A stretch of DNA of 64,000 nt from an uncultured Acidimicrobiales bacterium (GTDB lineage: Bacteria; Actinomycetota; Acidimicrobiia; Acidimicrobiales; SHLQ01), in contig CALHXU010000056.1 in the NCBI GenBank assembly GCA_938040365.1, positions 3,456 through 67,455 of the forward strand, given 5' to 3'. Shown here in pieces: positions 48,233 through 56,161 of this stretch. The notes beneath the pieces are model-generated. The model was not told the DNA's origin and ran no database searches. It saw only the letters and a program-made list of their open reading frames with translations. How positions within the stretch are numbered: position 1 is the stretch's first letter; every line of letters starts with the position of its first letter. The translations under genes were made by a program, and so were the position numbers.

Positions 48233-49994
48233 CGAAGACCGCTGCTGCCGGAGGAATCCGGAAGTGCTGGAGGGCAAAGTTCGAGATCTCACCGAAGAGC
48301 GGCGCAGCGACACGGCCGCCAGATGCGTCACCTTCGGGTTCTTCGATCATGACGATGATCGACAGTTCGGGGTCCCCGGCTGGGAGATAGCCAGCAAAGC
48401 TGGTCAGCAGATGCACCTGTCCGAACTCGTCGATGTAGCCGCCGCCGGGCTGGGCAATGCGAGCCGTACCGGTCTTGCCTGCGATCTGATAGCCCGGGAC
48501 CGATGCCAAAGCACCGGTTCCGCCTTCGCTCACCACGCCGGCGAGCAGCGCCGTCACCTCAGCAGCAGTCTCCTCGGAAATCACACGATCGCCAGAGCGC
48601 GGGCTCACGATGTCGAGGTCGCCATCGGCGTCTTGAATGCCAGCGACGAGGTGAGGTTCGACGAGCACGCCGCCATTTGCAAAGACGTTGTAGGAACGCA
48701 GCATCTGCAATGGCGTCGCTGCATACCCATAGCCAATTGCAGCGAAGGGTTTCGACACACCCGACCACTCGTCTTCGGGATGCAAGATGCCACCGGATTC
48801 GCCCGGGAAATCGAGCTCGGTCGCAGAGCCGAGGCCGAAGTTGGTGAGGTACTCGTGGAACTTCTCGTTACCGATTCGGTCGATGAGCAGGGCAACGCCG
48901 ACGTTGGACGAGTTCTTCAAGATGTCGGCGGTCGAGAGCACCGACTGGTTTGTTCGGACGCTGTCGCTGAACTCGATGTCGTAGATCTCGATCTCGTCTG
49001 CAACCTCCACGGTCGTATTCGAATCGATCAGGTCTTCCTCGATCAGTGCCGCGATCGCGAGCGGCTTACTGATCGAACCCGGCTCGACGATCCAGGTGAC
49101 CGCCTTGTTCTCCCCCGAGACAACGACTTCGCCGTCACCGTTGCGAGCAACGGTCGACATTGCGAGAATCTCGCCGGTTGCGGTTCGAGACACGATCGCC
49201 GTGCCCGAGACCGCTCCCGAGTCGCGGACGGTCTGTTGCAGCAGGCTCTCGACTTCGAACTGAACCGTTCGATCGAGGGTTAAGACGAGCGAGTCCCCCG
49301 CGGTTGGCGAAACGAGTTCGTACTCACCGTCGGGAATTGTCAGCGCCTGGCTGCCCGCCGAGGCGAGGCCGCGTTCGACGACGATTCGTCCAGGCTCACC
49401 GGTGAGCGCCGAGTCGTACTGGGCTTCAAGTCCCGACAATCCAAGGCCATCGATATCGGTCCGGCCGAGAATTCCGCGAGCAACATCGCTTCCCGACGGG
49501 GTAATGCGCGCCTGTTCTTCGGTCGCGTAGATGCCGGGTAGCTCGAGGTCGAGAATCGCAGCAGCGACGTCGTCGTCGAGTTGGCGGGCCATCCACGCGA
49601 ACTTCGCGCTTTCGTTTGAGAGGCGAGTAGTGAGCTGTCCGGCATCGCCACCGGCGACCGCGACGATCTGGCGGGCGGTCTCGGCCGGGCCGATCCCGCC
49701 GGTGAGCACGAGTCGGGGGTCTGCCCAAATGCTTTCGCGCGGTGTCGAGACTGCGAGTTCGATGCCGTTTCGGTCGACGATCGATCCGCGTTCGGCTGCG
49801 AGCGATGCGGTGCGAATTCGCTGGCTCTCACCGTGTTCGACGTAGCGTTCGGGGTCGAGGACTTGCAGCGAAACCAGTCGGAAGATCATGCCCGCGCCGA
49901 CCGCGATGATGCAGACGCCGAGGAACACGATTCGCAGTCCCGAAAAGCCGCTACGGCCAGGGGTACGGATCGCGCCAAAGAATGCGGTCGTCAC
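48225..49994 (-). CDS. ftsI: class B penicillin-binding protein (FtsI/PBP3-type transpeptidase)
   Basis: 589 aa. N-terminal transmembrane segment, then SISK, SSN and KTGT active-site motifs. Confidence 0.92.
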   Translation of the reverse strand: MTTAFFGAIRTPGRSGFSGLRIVFLGVCIIAVGAGMIFRLVSLQVLDPERYVEHGESQRIRTASLAAERGSIVDRNGIELAVSTPRESIWADPRLVLTGGIGPAETARQIVAVAGGDAGQLTTRLSNESAKFAWMARQLDDDVAAAILDLELPGIYATEEQARITPSGSDVARGILGRTDIDGLGLSGLEAQYDSALTGEPGRIVVERGLASAGSQALTIPDGEYELVSPTAGDSLVLTLDRTVQFEVESLLQQTVRDSGAVSGTAIVSRTATGEILAMSTVARNGDGEVVVSGENKAVTWIVEPGSISKPLAIAALIEEDLIDSNTTVEVADEIEIYDIEFSDSVRTNQSVLSTADILKNSSNVGVALLIDRIGNEKFHEYLTNFGLGSATELDFPGESGGILHPEDEWSGVSKPFAAIGYGYAATPLQMLRSYNVFANGGVLVEPHLVAGIQDADGDLDIVSPRSGDRVISEETAAEVTALLAGVVSEGGTGALASVPGYQIAGKTGTARIAQPGGGYIDEFGQVHLLTSFAGYLPAGDPELSIIVMIEEPEGDASGGRVAAPLFGEISNFALQHFRIPPAAAVFDG

Positions 49995-50422
49995 GAGTCC
50001 CCGTTTCCTGAGCTAACGAAGTCCTCGGAGGTAATGACGCCCGAGGCCCGCAACGTCTGTGAAAAACGTTCGACGAGCGCGTCACTCAACGGCGCTGGGC
50101 CGAAAGGGTCTCCGGTCGTCGACGGTTGAAGAATTGCCTCGAGGTCCGGGTCGATACCGGGAAGATAGGTGCGCTCTGCTGGGCGAATCATTCCGAGCCG
50201 AGAGCTCGCAGCTTCGAGAATCCGCTCGGGTGCTTCGAGTTCGATGACCTCGAGTCGAAGCTCTTGATTCAGCGCTTGGGCCTCGGCAAGTTCGGAGGAA
50301 ACAGCGTCAAGTTGCACGCGGTTTTGCACGATGAAGGTCTGAATGACGACGATGCCGAGCAGCGAACCAAAGACGACCAAGATGGCGATCACGGGAAACG
50401 TAAGATTGCGCGGACGGGTCAT
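49991..50422 (-). CDS. ftsL: FtsL-like septal protein (single transmembrane segment plus coiled coil)
   Basis: Starts at MTRPRNLTF (ATGA overlap with rsmH). One transmembrane helix followed by a leucine-rich heptad region. Canonical position between rsmH and ftsI. Confidence 0.65.
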   Translation of the reverse strand: MTRPRNLTFPVIAILVVFGSLLGIVVIQTFIVQNRVQLDAVSSELAEAQALNQELRLEVIELEAPERILEAASSRLGMIRPAERTYLPGIDPDLEAILQPSTTGDPFGPAPLSDALVERFSQTLRASGVITSEDFVSSGNGDS

Positions 50423-51387
50423 GGCGCCCCAAGTCCTGGGCCTGAAGCTCCCACTCGGGTGATGGCCCGCAGTCGCGCCGATCGAGCCCGCGGGTTCTCC
50501 TCTACCTCGGAATCGCTCGGCGTGCGGGCGCCTCGCCACGACCACCGGTAGTCAGAGGTCGGCGCCATGCCTGCGGGAACCCCGGCCTCGATGACGCGAC
50601 GCATCCGATCTTTCACGATGCGGTCTTCGCCCGAGTGGTAGGTGAGGACCATCCCGACACCTCCCGTGTCGAGCATGTCGATCATCGTGTCGAGCGTGCC
50701 GCCCAAGATTGCGAGTTCGTCGTTTACCTCGATGCGAATTGCTTGAAACGAGCGCTTGGCAGGATGGCCGGTGCTCTTTCGCCTGACCGGCGCCGGAAGC
50801 GAATCTGCGATCGCCGTCGCGAGCTGGGTGGTCGACGTAAACGGGCGACCATCGATGATCGCTTGTGCGATTCGTTTGCAATGACGTTCATCACCGTATG
50901 CAGACAGCACATCGACGAGTTCGCCGAAGCTGTAGTTGTTCACCACGTCGGCGGCGGTGCGCTGCTGTCCGGTGTCCATTCGCATATCGAGGGGGCCGTC
51001 GTTGTGATAGCTGAAGCCACGGTCGGCAATGTCGAGTTGCGGCGAAGAGACCCCAAGATCCATCAAGAAGCCCGATATCACCTCGTGGCCAGCATCGACG
51101 AGGGCGGTTCCTGCGCCATCGAAGCGCGTCTTGACGAGCGTTGCTCGGGGGCCGAAGCGCTCCAGTCGTTCACCGGCGGCTGCGAGAGCGAGGTCGTCTT
51201 GGTCGACGCCGAAGAGTTCGAGCTCAGGGTTTGCATCGAGGACGGCAACACCGTGACCCGCTCCGCCGAGGGTGAGATCGGCAAAGGTTCCCGGCGAAAG
51301 GTCAGCAGCGATTTCAGCGATCTCGGCGACCATCACCGGGTCGTGTTGAAATTCGGGAGGGGAAACCATTTCTGCGCTCACAGTCAC
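50419..51387 (-). CDS. rsmH: 16S rRNA (cytosine1402-N4)-methyltransferase
   Basis: 322 aa. HDPVM, DLTLGGAGH, DLGVSS and YHSGEDR motifs. Confidence 0.95.
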   Translation of the reverse strand: MTVSAEMVSPPEFQHDPVMVAEIAEIAADLSPGTFADLTLGGAGHGVAVLDANPELELFGVDQDDLALAAAGERLERFGPRATLVKTRFDGAGTALVDAGHEVISGFLMDLGVSSPQLDIADRGFSYHNDGPLDMRMDTGQQRTAADVVNNYSFGELVDVLSAYGDERHCKRIAQAIIDGRPFTSTTQLATAIADSLPAPVRRKSTGHPAKRSFQAIRIEVNDELAILGGTLDTMIDMLDTGGVGMVLTYHSGEDRIVKDRMRRVIEAGVPAGMAPTSDYRWSWRGARTPSDSEVEENPRARSARLRAITRVGASGPGLGAP

Positions 51388-51518
51388 TACTCACTACACT
51401 CGCTCATCGCCGTACTCACTCATCGTTGCGGCCGCATCGCTCGAACGCCGAGCAAGAAAATCGTCGACGCGACATCCCAGCTCTGCACTTCGACAGCCAC
51501 TTCAACGGGCATTCTCGG

Positions 51519-51632
51519 TCTTTGACAGTCCCCCGATCAGCGGGCGCACGTCAGGATTTCTCCCCTGATCGAGCTGATGGCAAGCGGGCGGAGTAGGGGC
51601 CTTCCATCTGCCAATCGGGAGACTGTCAAAGA
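51519..51632. repeat. 19-nt inverted repeat (18/19 match) enclosing 76 nt in the mraZ-rsmH spacer
   Basis: tctttgacagtcccccgat (51519-51537) against the reverse complement of atcgggagactgtcaaaga (51614-51632). A small palindrome acgagca-t-tgctcgt follows at 51634-51648. Confidence 0.85.
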
Positions 51633-51673
51633 ACGAGCATTGCTCGTCATATCCGTCTGTCAGGTGGTCTCCG

Positions 51674-52102
51674 CTAGTTGAACGTGCCCTTGACCTGCAG
51701 ATGCTCTCGCATCACGTCGCTGTTCTTCTCGTCGACCGCTTCGAACGTTGCTTTGTCCCAAACTTCCACATGGGTGAGGACGCCGGCCACGATGACCTCG
51801 TTGGTCAAGTTGGCGTCCTCCCGCAGCTTTTGCGGAAGCGTAATTCGACCAGTCTTTTCGTCGGGCTCGACCCGAACCGAGGACGAACCAAATGTCCGTA
51901 GTGTCCCGGGGTGAATTTCCCCGCGGCGATACTGGTCGATCAACCGTTGGCTGAGCTCCTCGTACGCCTCCTCGGAGTACACGCCCAGGGAATTGTCCGC
52001 CTGGGCGAGGTAGACCCGAGGGCCGAGGTCCACGCGGAATTTCTTGGGAAGGACGATCCGAAACTTCGAGTCGAGTGAGCGCTCGTACCTGCCGACGAAC
52101 AT
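51674..52102 (-). CDS. mraZ: division/cell-wall cluster transcriptional regulator MraZ
   Basis: 142 aa. MFVGRYERSLDSKFRIVLPKKFR and a second SpoVT/AbrB-like repeat. GAGGAGG lies upstream of the ATG. Confidence 0.95.
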   Translation of the reverse strand: MFVGRYERSLDSKFRIVLPKKFRVDLGPRVYLAQADNSLGVYSEEAYEELSQRLIDQYRRGEIHPGTLRTFGSSSVRVEPDEKTGRITLPQKLREDANLTNEVIVAGVLTHVEVWDKATFEAVDEKNSDVMREHLQVKGTFN

Positions 52103-52150
52103 TGCTCACCTCCTCGCTGTTGTGATCTTCCGTGGTGCCCGTATTCATGA

Positions 52151-52180
52151 ATTGACACTTTATGACACTTGGACCCACTA
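52151..52180 (-). promoter_or_regulatory. candidate MraZ operator: three direct repeats at 10-bp phasing
   Basis: The minus strand reads tAGTGGGTCc aAGTGTCAta aAGTGTCAat, 50-78 nt upstream of the mraZ ATG. This resembles the published phased GTGGG / AAAGTG[GT] MraZ boxes. Confidence 0.6.
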
Positions 52181-52367
52181 GGCAAGCATCTTTTGTCAAC
52201 TTTCGTCAAATTCACCGAGAAATTGAGTGGAATGGCAAATTCTTTCCGCTAGAGTCGAACGTTTGTACGCATGACGAAGGCCTTGAATGGTCGGAATAAC
52301 CCATGATTTCTCAACAAATCTGGCGATTTCACTCTGCGTCGAAACTCGAGAATGCGTGAAACCCAGA

Positions 52368-52385
52368 AAGTGACAAGAAGTGTCA
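52368..52385 (+). promoter_or_regulatory. second pair of AAGTGNCA boxes at 10-bp phasing, opposite orientation
   Basis: AAGTGACA at 52368-52375 and AAGTGTCA at 52378-52385. Together they also form the inverted repeat AGTGACA-agaag-TGTCACT. Confidence 0.45.
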
Positions 52386-52455
52386 CTCCTGCCCAACATT
52401 TTTTAGCCACAGATCGATTTTGCCCCCTCGACACGCGATTCGGTCCCAGCGAATA

Positions 52456-52507
52456 CCGCTGTGCTGTCCAGCGATTGCCGCTGTGCTGTCCAGCGATTGC
52501 CGCTGTG
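52456..52507. repeat. 22-bp tandem repeat x2.4 (ccgctgtgctgtccagcgattg)
   Basis: Perfect copies at 52456-52477 and 52478-52499, with a partial third. Lies upstream of the likely lipoate-ligase-like start. Confidence 0.9.
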
Positions 52508-52524
52508 GCAATAAGCTCAAGCGC

Positions 52525-53247
52525 GTGCGCTTTGACCCCATCTCGATCGATGAGACCCCCGAGGTCTTCCACCATCGAAACTTCGACGGCAGCCCCCGCA
52601 GTCTCTGGGTCCCGACGCTCACCGACCCACCAACGCTGGTCCTCGGGAGCAGCCAGCCGGCGAACACGATCGACATTTCCTACCTCGAGCGCCACGCGAT
52701 TACGCTCGCAACACGTCGCAGCGGAGGCGGCGCCGTGCTCGTTGGACCGAACGAACTGGTGTGGTTCGATGTTGTACTTCCCAACACCGATCCCCTCTGG
52801 CATCACGACGTAGGTCGCTCTTTCGACTGGCTCGGCAACGCCGTGCAGCGAGCACTCGCTACCCTCGACCTCGCGACCGAACTTCACTCGGGGCCACTTA
52901 CAACAACCGAATGGTCGAGACGAATCTGCTTTGGCGGTCTCGGACCTGGCGAGTTGACCCTCGACGGACGCAAGGTCGTCGGCATGTCACAACGCCGAAC
53001 GCGAACCACGTCACGTATCCAGGTCGCAGTGCTCCTCACCTGGGACCCAGAGCGCCACGCCAACTTGTTGGCGATCAGCGACCACGAACGTCAGCGAGCA
53101 ATACTCGAACTCGGTGCTGCTGCGGTCGGCATCGGCAATGGCAATGGCAATGGCAATGGCAATGGCAGTGGCACGCCCGGCCTGCACCACTCCCCCACCG
53201 ATGTCCTCACTGCCATTTTTGATGAGCTCAAGGTTCTCGACCTATAA
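52525..53247 (+). CDS. biotin/lipoate A/B protein ligase family (LplA-like) protein
   Basis: RRSGGGAVLVGP matches the RRxSGGGAV motif of lipoate-protein ligases, followed by the GRKVVGMSQRR lysine region. The start is uncertain (GTG at 52525; the track ORF starts at 52420). Confidence 0.7.
   Translation: MRFDPISIDETPEVFHHRNFDGSPRSLWVPTLTDPPTLVLGSSQPANTIDISYLERHAITLATRRSGGGAVLVGPNELVWFDVVLPNTDPLWHHDVGRSFDWLGNAVQRALATLDLATELHSGPLTTTEWSRRICFGGLGPGELTLDGRKVVGMSQRRTRTTSRIQVAVLLTWDPERHANLLAISDHERQRAILELGAAAVGIGNGNGNGNGNGSGTPGLHHSPTDVLTAIFDELKVLDL
53128..53175. repeat. hexanucleotide microsatellite (GGCAAT)x5 flanked by GGCATC, GGCAGT and GGCACG
   Basis: Perfect units at 53134-53163. Encodes GIGNGNGNGNGNGSGT near the C-terminus of the LplA-like protein. 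Confidence 0.95.
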
Positions 53248-53288
53248 AGCCGGCGCGACTAAAACCGCGCTGGCACGATCGTGAGTCC

Positions 53289-53386
53289 GAGATGCCTTTG
53301 GGAGCTGGAGCCACTTCTGAGAGCTTTGGAGATGCCTCTAGGAGTTGGAGATACTTCCAGGAGCTAGAGATACTTCCAGGACTTTG
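53289..53386. repeat. degenerate nested tandem repeats (about 40 bp x2, plus a 19-bp repeat x2 with core gagatacttccagg)
   Basis: gagatgcc starts units at 53289 and 53329. gagatacttccagg occurs at 53348 and 53367. Lies in the convergent spacer and overlaps the last codons of the 83-aa ORF. Confidence 0.75.
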
Positions 53387-53615
53387 CCCATTCGAGGTAC
53401 TCGATGAACTGTTCGGGCTCAGGGCGAGCGTCAGCGCTCGCAAAGGCAGTCTCGAGCCGAAAGTCCATCCACGAGTTGTCTGGGATAGGAAGGTAGGGCT
53501 TCTCGCTCCACCAACGATCCGGAGCATGTACTCGGGCGAGGCGAATCGTTGTTCGCCACAGGTCCGGACGTCTTCCAAGCGAGAGCGCGCAGCCCACGTA
53601 CCAGTTCATGGCCAA
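53364..53615 (-). CDS. hypothetical Trp-rich 83-aa protein
   Basis: ATG start. By my count about two thirds of third codon positions are G/C. Seven Trp residues. Divergent from moxR. No motif recognised. Confidence 0.5.
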   Translation of the reverse strand: MAMNWYVGCALSLGRRPDLWRTTIRLARVHAPDRWWSEKPYLPIPDNSWMDFRLETAFASADARPEPEQFIEYLEWAKSWKYL

Positions 53616-53799
53616 ACTCTACGCAAAAGCCCCGGCGCCCGCACCCGCCGTGCCCGCACCTTTCGCCCCGAACGCGCGACGTGTGGGACCCCTCCACCTC
53701 AACCAAGGCATTGAGCCACTACGCTTTAGTCCGAACCGTGGCACGCCGCACCTTCGCCGTGCCCACTCACCAATCTCAATATCTTCGAGGAGCCAGCGG

Positions 53800-54774
53800 G
53801 TGACCACAACCCCCCAAACCACTCGGTCCGAAACATTTTCCGTGCTCTTTCGCACCATCGTCGACAATATCGAGACGGTCATTCGCGGAAAGCACGACGT
53901 GGTCCAGCTCGCGGTCCTCGCAATGATTTCGCAGGGCCACGTCCTACTCGAGGATTCGCCCGGTCTCGGCAAGACGACCTTGGCCAAGGCAATCTCGACC
54001 ACGGTCGGCGGGTCGAGCGGCCGCATCCAGTTCACCCCCGACCTTCTGCCTTCCGATGTTGTCGGCATGTCGATTTGGAACCGCGGTTCGGGCGAGTTTG
54101 AGTTCCGCCCCGGCGCGGTCTTTGCCAATGTTGTCCTCGCCGACGAGATCAATCGCGCGTCGCCAAAAACACAATCCGCCCTCCTCGAAGCAATGGCCGA
54201 GCGTCAGGTGACCGTCGATCGCGACACCCACGACCTCGCCGGACCGTTCATGGTCATCGCCACACAGAATCCGCTCGATCACGAGGGCACCTACCCACTT
54301 CCCGAGAGCCAGCTGGATCGCTTCTTGATGAAGCTCTCGCTCGGTTACCCCGATCGCAGCGCGGAGCTCGAGATCCTCGACCAGCAAGGCGAGGCCTCGA
54401 CGCCGCCGATCGATGCCCTCGAGGCAGCGGTAACTCCCCAAGACGTCATCATGATGACGTCTGCGCTCGCCGGTGTGCACGTGGCGCCAGAGCTGAAGAA
54501 CTACCTGCTCGATATCGCGACCGCAACCCGTTCCCACCCCGGACTGCGCCTCGGCCTATCACCGCGAGCCGTGCTGAGTTTGCAGCGCATCGCACGTGCG
54601 CTGGCGGCCGCATCTGGACGGGCGTTCGTGATCCCCGATGACGTGAAAGCCCTCGCCCGGCCGGTGCTTGCCCACCGTGTCATGTTGACCGCCGAGTCCC
54701 AGCTCGCCGGAACGAGCGCCGAGCACATCATCGACAGCGTTATTGCATCGGTTCCCGTCCCGAGCATCGGCTAA
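53800..54774 (+). CDS. MoxR-family AAA+ ATPase
   Basis: GTG start with GAGGAG 8 nt upstream. Walker A LLEDSPGLGKTTLAKA, Walker B VVLADEINRA, MoxR-like length. Confidence 0.9.
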   Translation: MTTTPQTTRSETFSVLFRTIVDNIETVIRGKHDVVQLAVLAMISQGHVLLEDSPGLGKTTLAKAISTTVGGSSGRIQFTPDLLPSDVVGMSIWNRGSGEFEFRPGAVFANVVLADEINRASPKTQSALLEAMAERQVTVDRDTHDLAGPFMVIATQNPLDHEGTYPLPESQLDRFLMKLSLGYPDRSAELEILDQQGEASTPPIDALEAAVTPQDVIMMTSALAGVHVAPELKNYLLDIATATRSHPGLRLGLSPRAVLSLQRIARALAAASGRAFVIPDDVKALARPVLAHRVMLTAESQLAGTSAEHIIDSVIASVPVPSIG

Positions 54775-54778
54775 ATCT

Positions 54779-55951
54779 GTGCCAACGGTTCGCGGCTGGA
54801 TCTGTCTCGTTTTTGGCGGGGCCACGATCGTCGCTGGCCGAGTGTTTGGTCTCGCCGAGCTCTTCATCATCGGCTCGGCGCTCCTCGCCCTGGCGCTCAT
54901 CGCAATCGCCGTTGCGGTCATGCGCCCGCTGCGCCTGGCTGTTGGCCGGACGATCACCCCAGCTCGGCTTCACGTGGGCACGGTCGGCAGGGTCGAGGTA
55001 GCCATCCGAAACGGACAATCGAAGACTCCCGTCATGGAAATGACCGACCACGTGCAAGGCACGTCGGGGGCTCGCCTACTCATCAGCCCGCTAAAGGGCA
55101 CCGAGGTCACCCGCGCGGCGTACCGCCTCCCGACCGAACGCCGCGGCATCGTAAAGGTCGGTCCTGCCGACTTCGAAGCGGTCGACCCCTTCGGCCTCGC
55201 CACACGGCGGTTTTCAGTCGAGAGCGTCGGGCAGCTCGTGGTATATCCCGAAATCATTCCCCTCACCCCCACCCCTCCCTCTCCGGCCGAGGAACGGCGA
55301 GCAACGTCGGACACCCCCGAGTTCTTGGGCGGGCGCAGCGACGAGTTCCATGCGCTCCGAAATTACGTTCCCGGTGACGACATTCGCCGTATCAATTGGG
55401 GGGCATCGGCTCGCCATGACGACCTGATTGTGCGAGAGGACGAAGCACCTACGCAGAATCACCTCACCGTCGTGCTCGACAATGCGTCACTCGAACGTGA
55501 AATTGCGGTCGATCGCGCCGCGTCGGTCGCTGGTTCGATCATCGCTTCGATGCGCACCCGTCCCGACCCCTTTCGATTGCTGACCAGCGATGGTGCCGAC
55601 ACCGGATTCGTTCTTGGAAGCAGCGGTGTCGAAAAGGCGCTCAGCATCTTGGCGGTGGTCCAAGCCGTCGACAGTAATTCGGGCGGGGTAATCCCCCGAG
55701 ACGCACAGGGGGCGGTCGTCGTCGTTTCTGGACCGTCACCATCGATTGGCCGAGCAGAGCTCGTGGCGTACGGACAGGCAATGTTCATCTCGCTCGACGA
55801 ATCGTGCTGGGACACAACGATCGCACCAAAGCCGGGGAGTGCCCGTTCGACCCCCGGCGCTATCCAGATTCAACTCGGTCGCCTCGAGGATCTTGCCTCG
55901 GTGTGGTCGGGGGCTATTGCCACACTTCTGTCGTCGAATAATCGGCGATAG
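54779..55951 (+). CDS. DUF58 family protein (vWA-like, MoxR partner)
   Basis: GTG start 5 nt after the moxR stop. Two N-terminal transmembrane helices, then the FHALRNYVPGDDIRRINW motif typical of DUF58. Confidence 0.8.
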   Translation: MPTVRGWICLVFGGATIVAGRVFGLAELFIIGSALLALALIAIAVAVMRPLRLAVGRTITPARLHVGTVGRVEVAIRNGQSKTPVMEMTDHVQGTSGARLLISPLKGTEVTRAAYRLPTERRGIVKVGPADFEAVDPFGLATRRFSVESVGQLVVYPEIIPLTPTPPSPAEERRATSDTPEFLGGRSDEFHALRNYVPGDDIRRINWGASARHDDLIVREDEAPTQNHLTVVLDNASLEREIAVDRAASVAGSIIASMRTRPDPFRLLTSDGADTGFVLGSSGVEKALSILAVVQAVDSNSGGVIPRDAQGAVVVVSGPSPSIGRAELVAYGQAMFISLDESCWDTTIAPKPGSARSTPGAIQIQLGRLEDLASVWSGAIATLLSSNNRR

Positions 55952-56161
55952 GCCCGAGCGGTCGAACGGGTCCATCGCGAGACACTGCCCGACGCGGCCC
56001 CAATTTTCACGGACCACCGGATCGAAAACGTGCGGTAAAGATTGGCCAAGAGTTTGCGGAATTGCCTGATCTCTTCGACGATTGCTGTCAATGTGAAGCT
56101 GTTGAAACCGATCAATAACTAGCGGGAAATCTCGGGCGTATGCCCAGGAAGTAGTTGCCGG

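Noticed and set aside
46622-48331. Interpreting this Mur ligase as MurF, or as a MurE-MurF fusion
   Set aside because: DNPR, SSHAL..R and the N-terminal DSR..PG motifs are MurE-specific. The 536-aa length fits a single ligase. The extra C-terminal residues are acidic and low-complexity, not a second domain.
52249-52887. 212-aa ORF on the - strand spanning the mraZ upstream region
   Set aside because: It overlaps the + strand ORF that carries the RRxSGGGAV lipoate-ligase motif, and runs through the AT-richer promoter region and the 22-bp repeat. It has no motifs.
55870-56115. 81-aa - strand ORF in the DUF58-transglutaminase gap
   Set aside because: More than half of it runs antisense into the DUF58 gene, with Arg/Ser-rich composition. 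There is no ribosome-binding site or motif. It is noted only as part of the unexplained gap.
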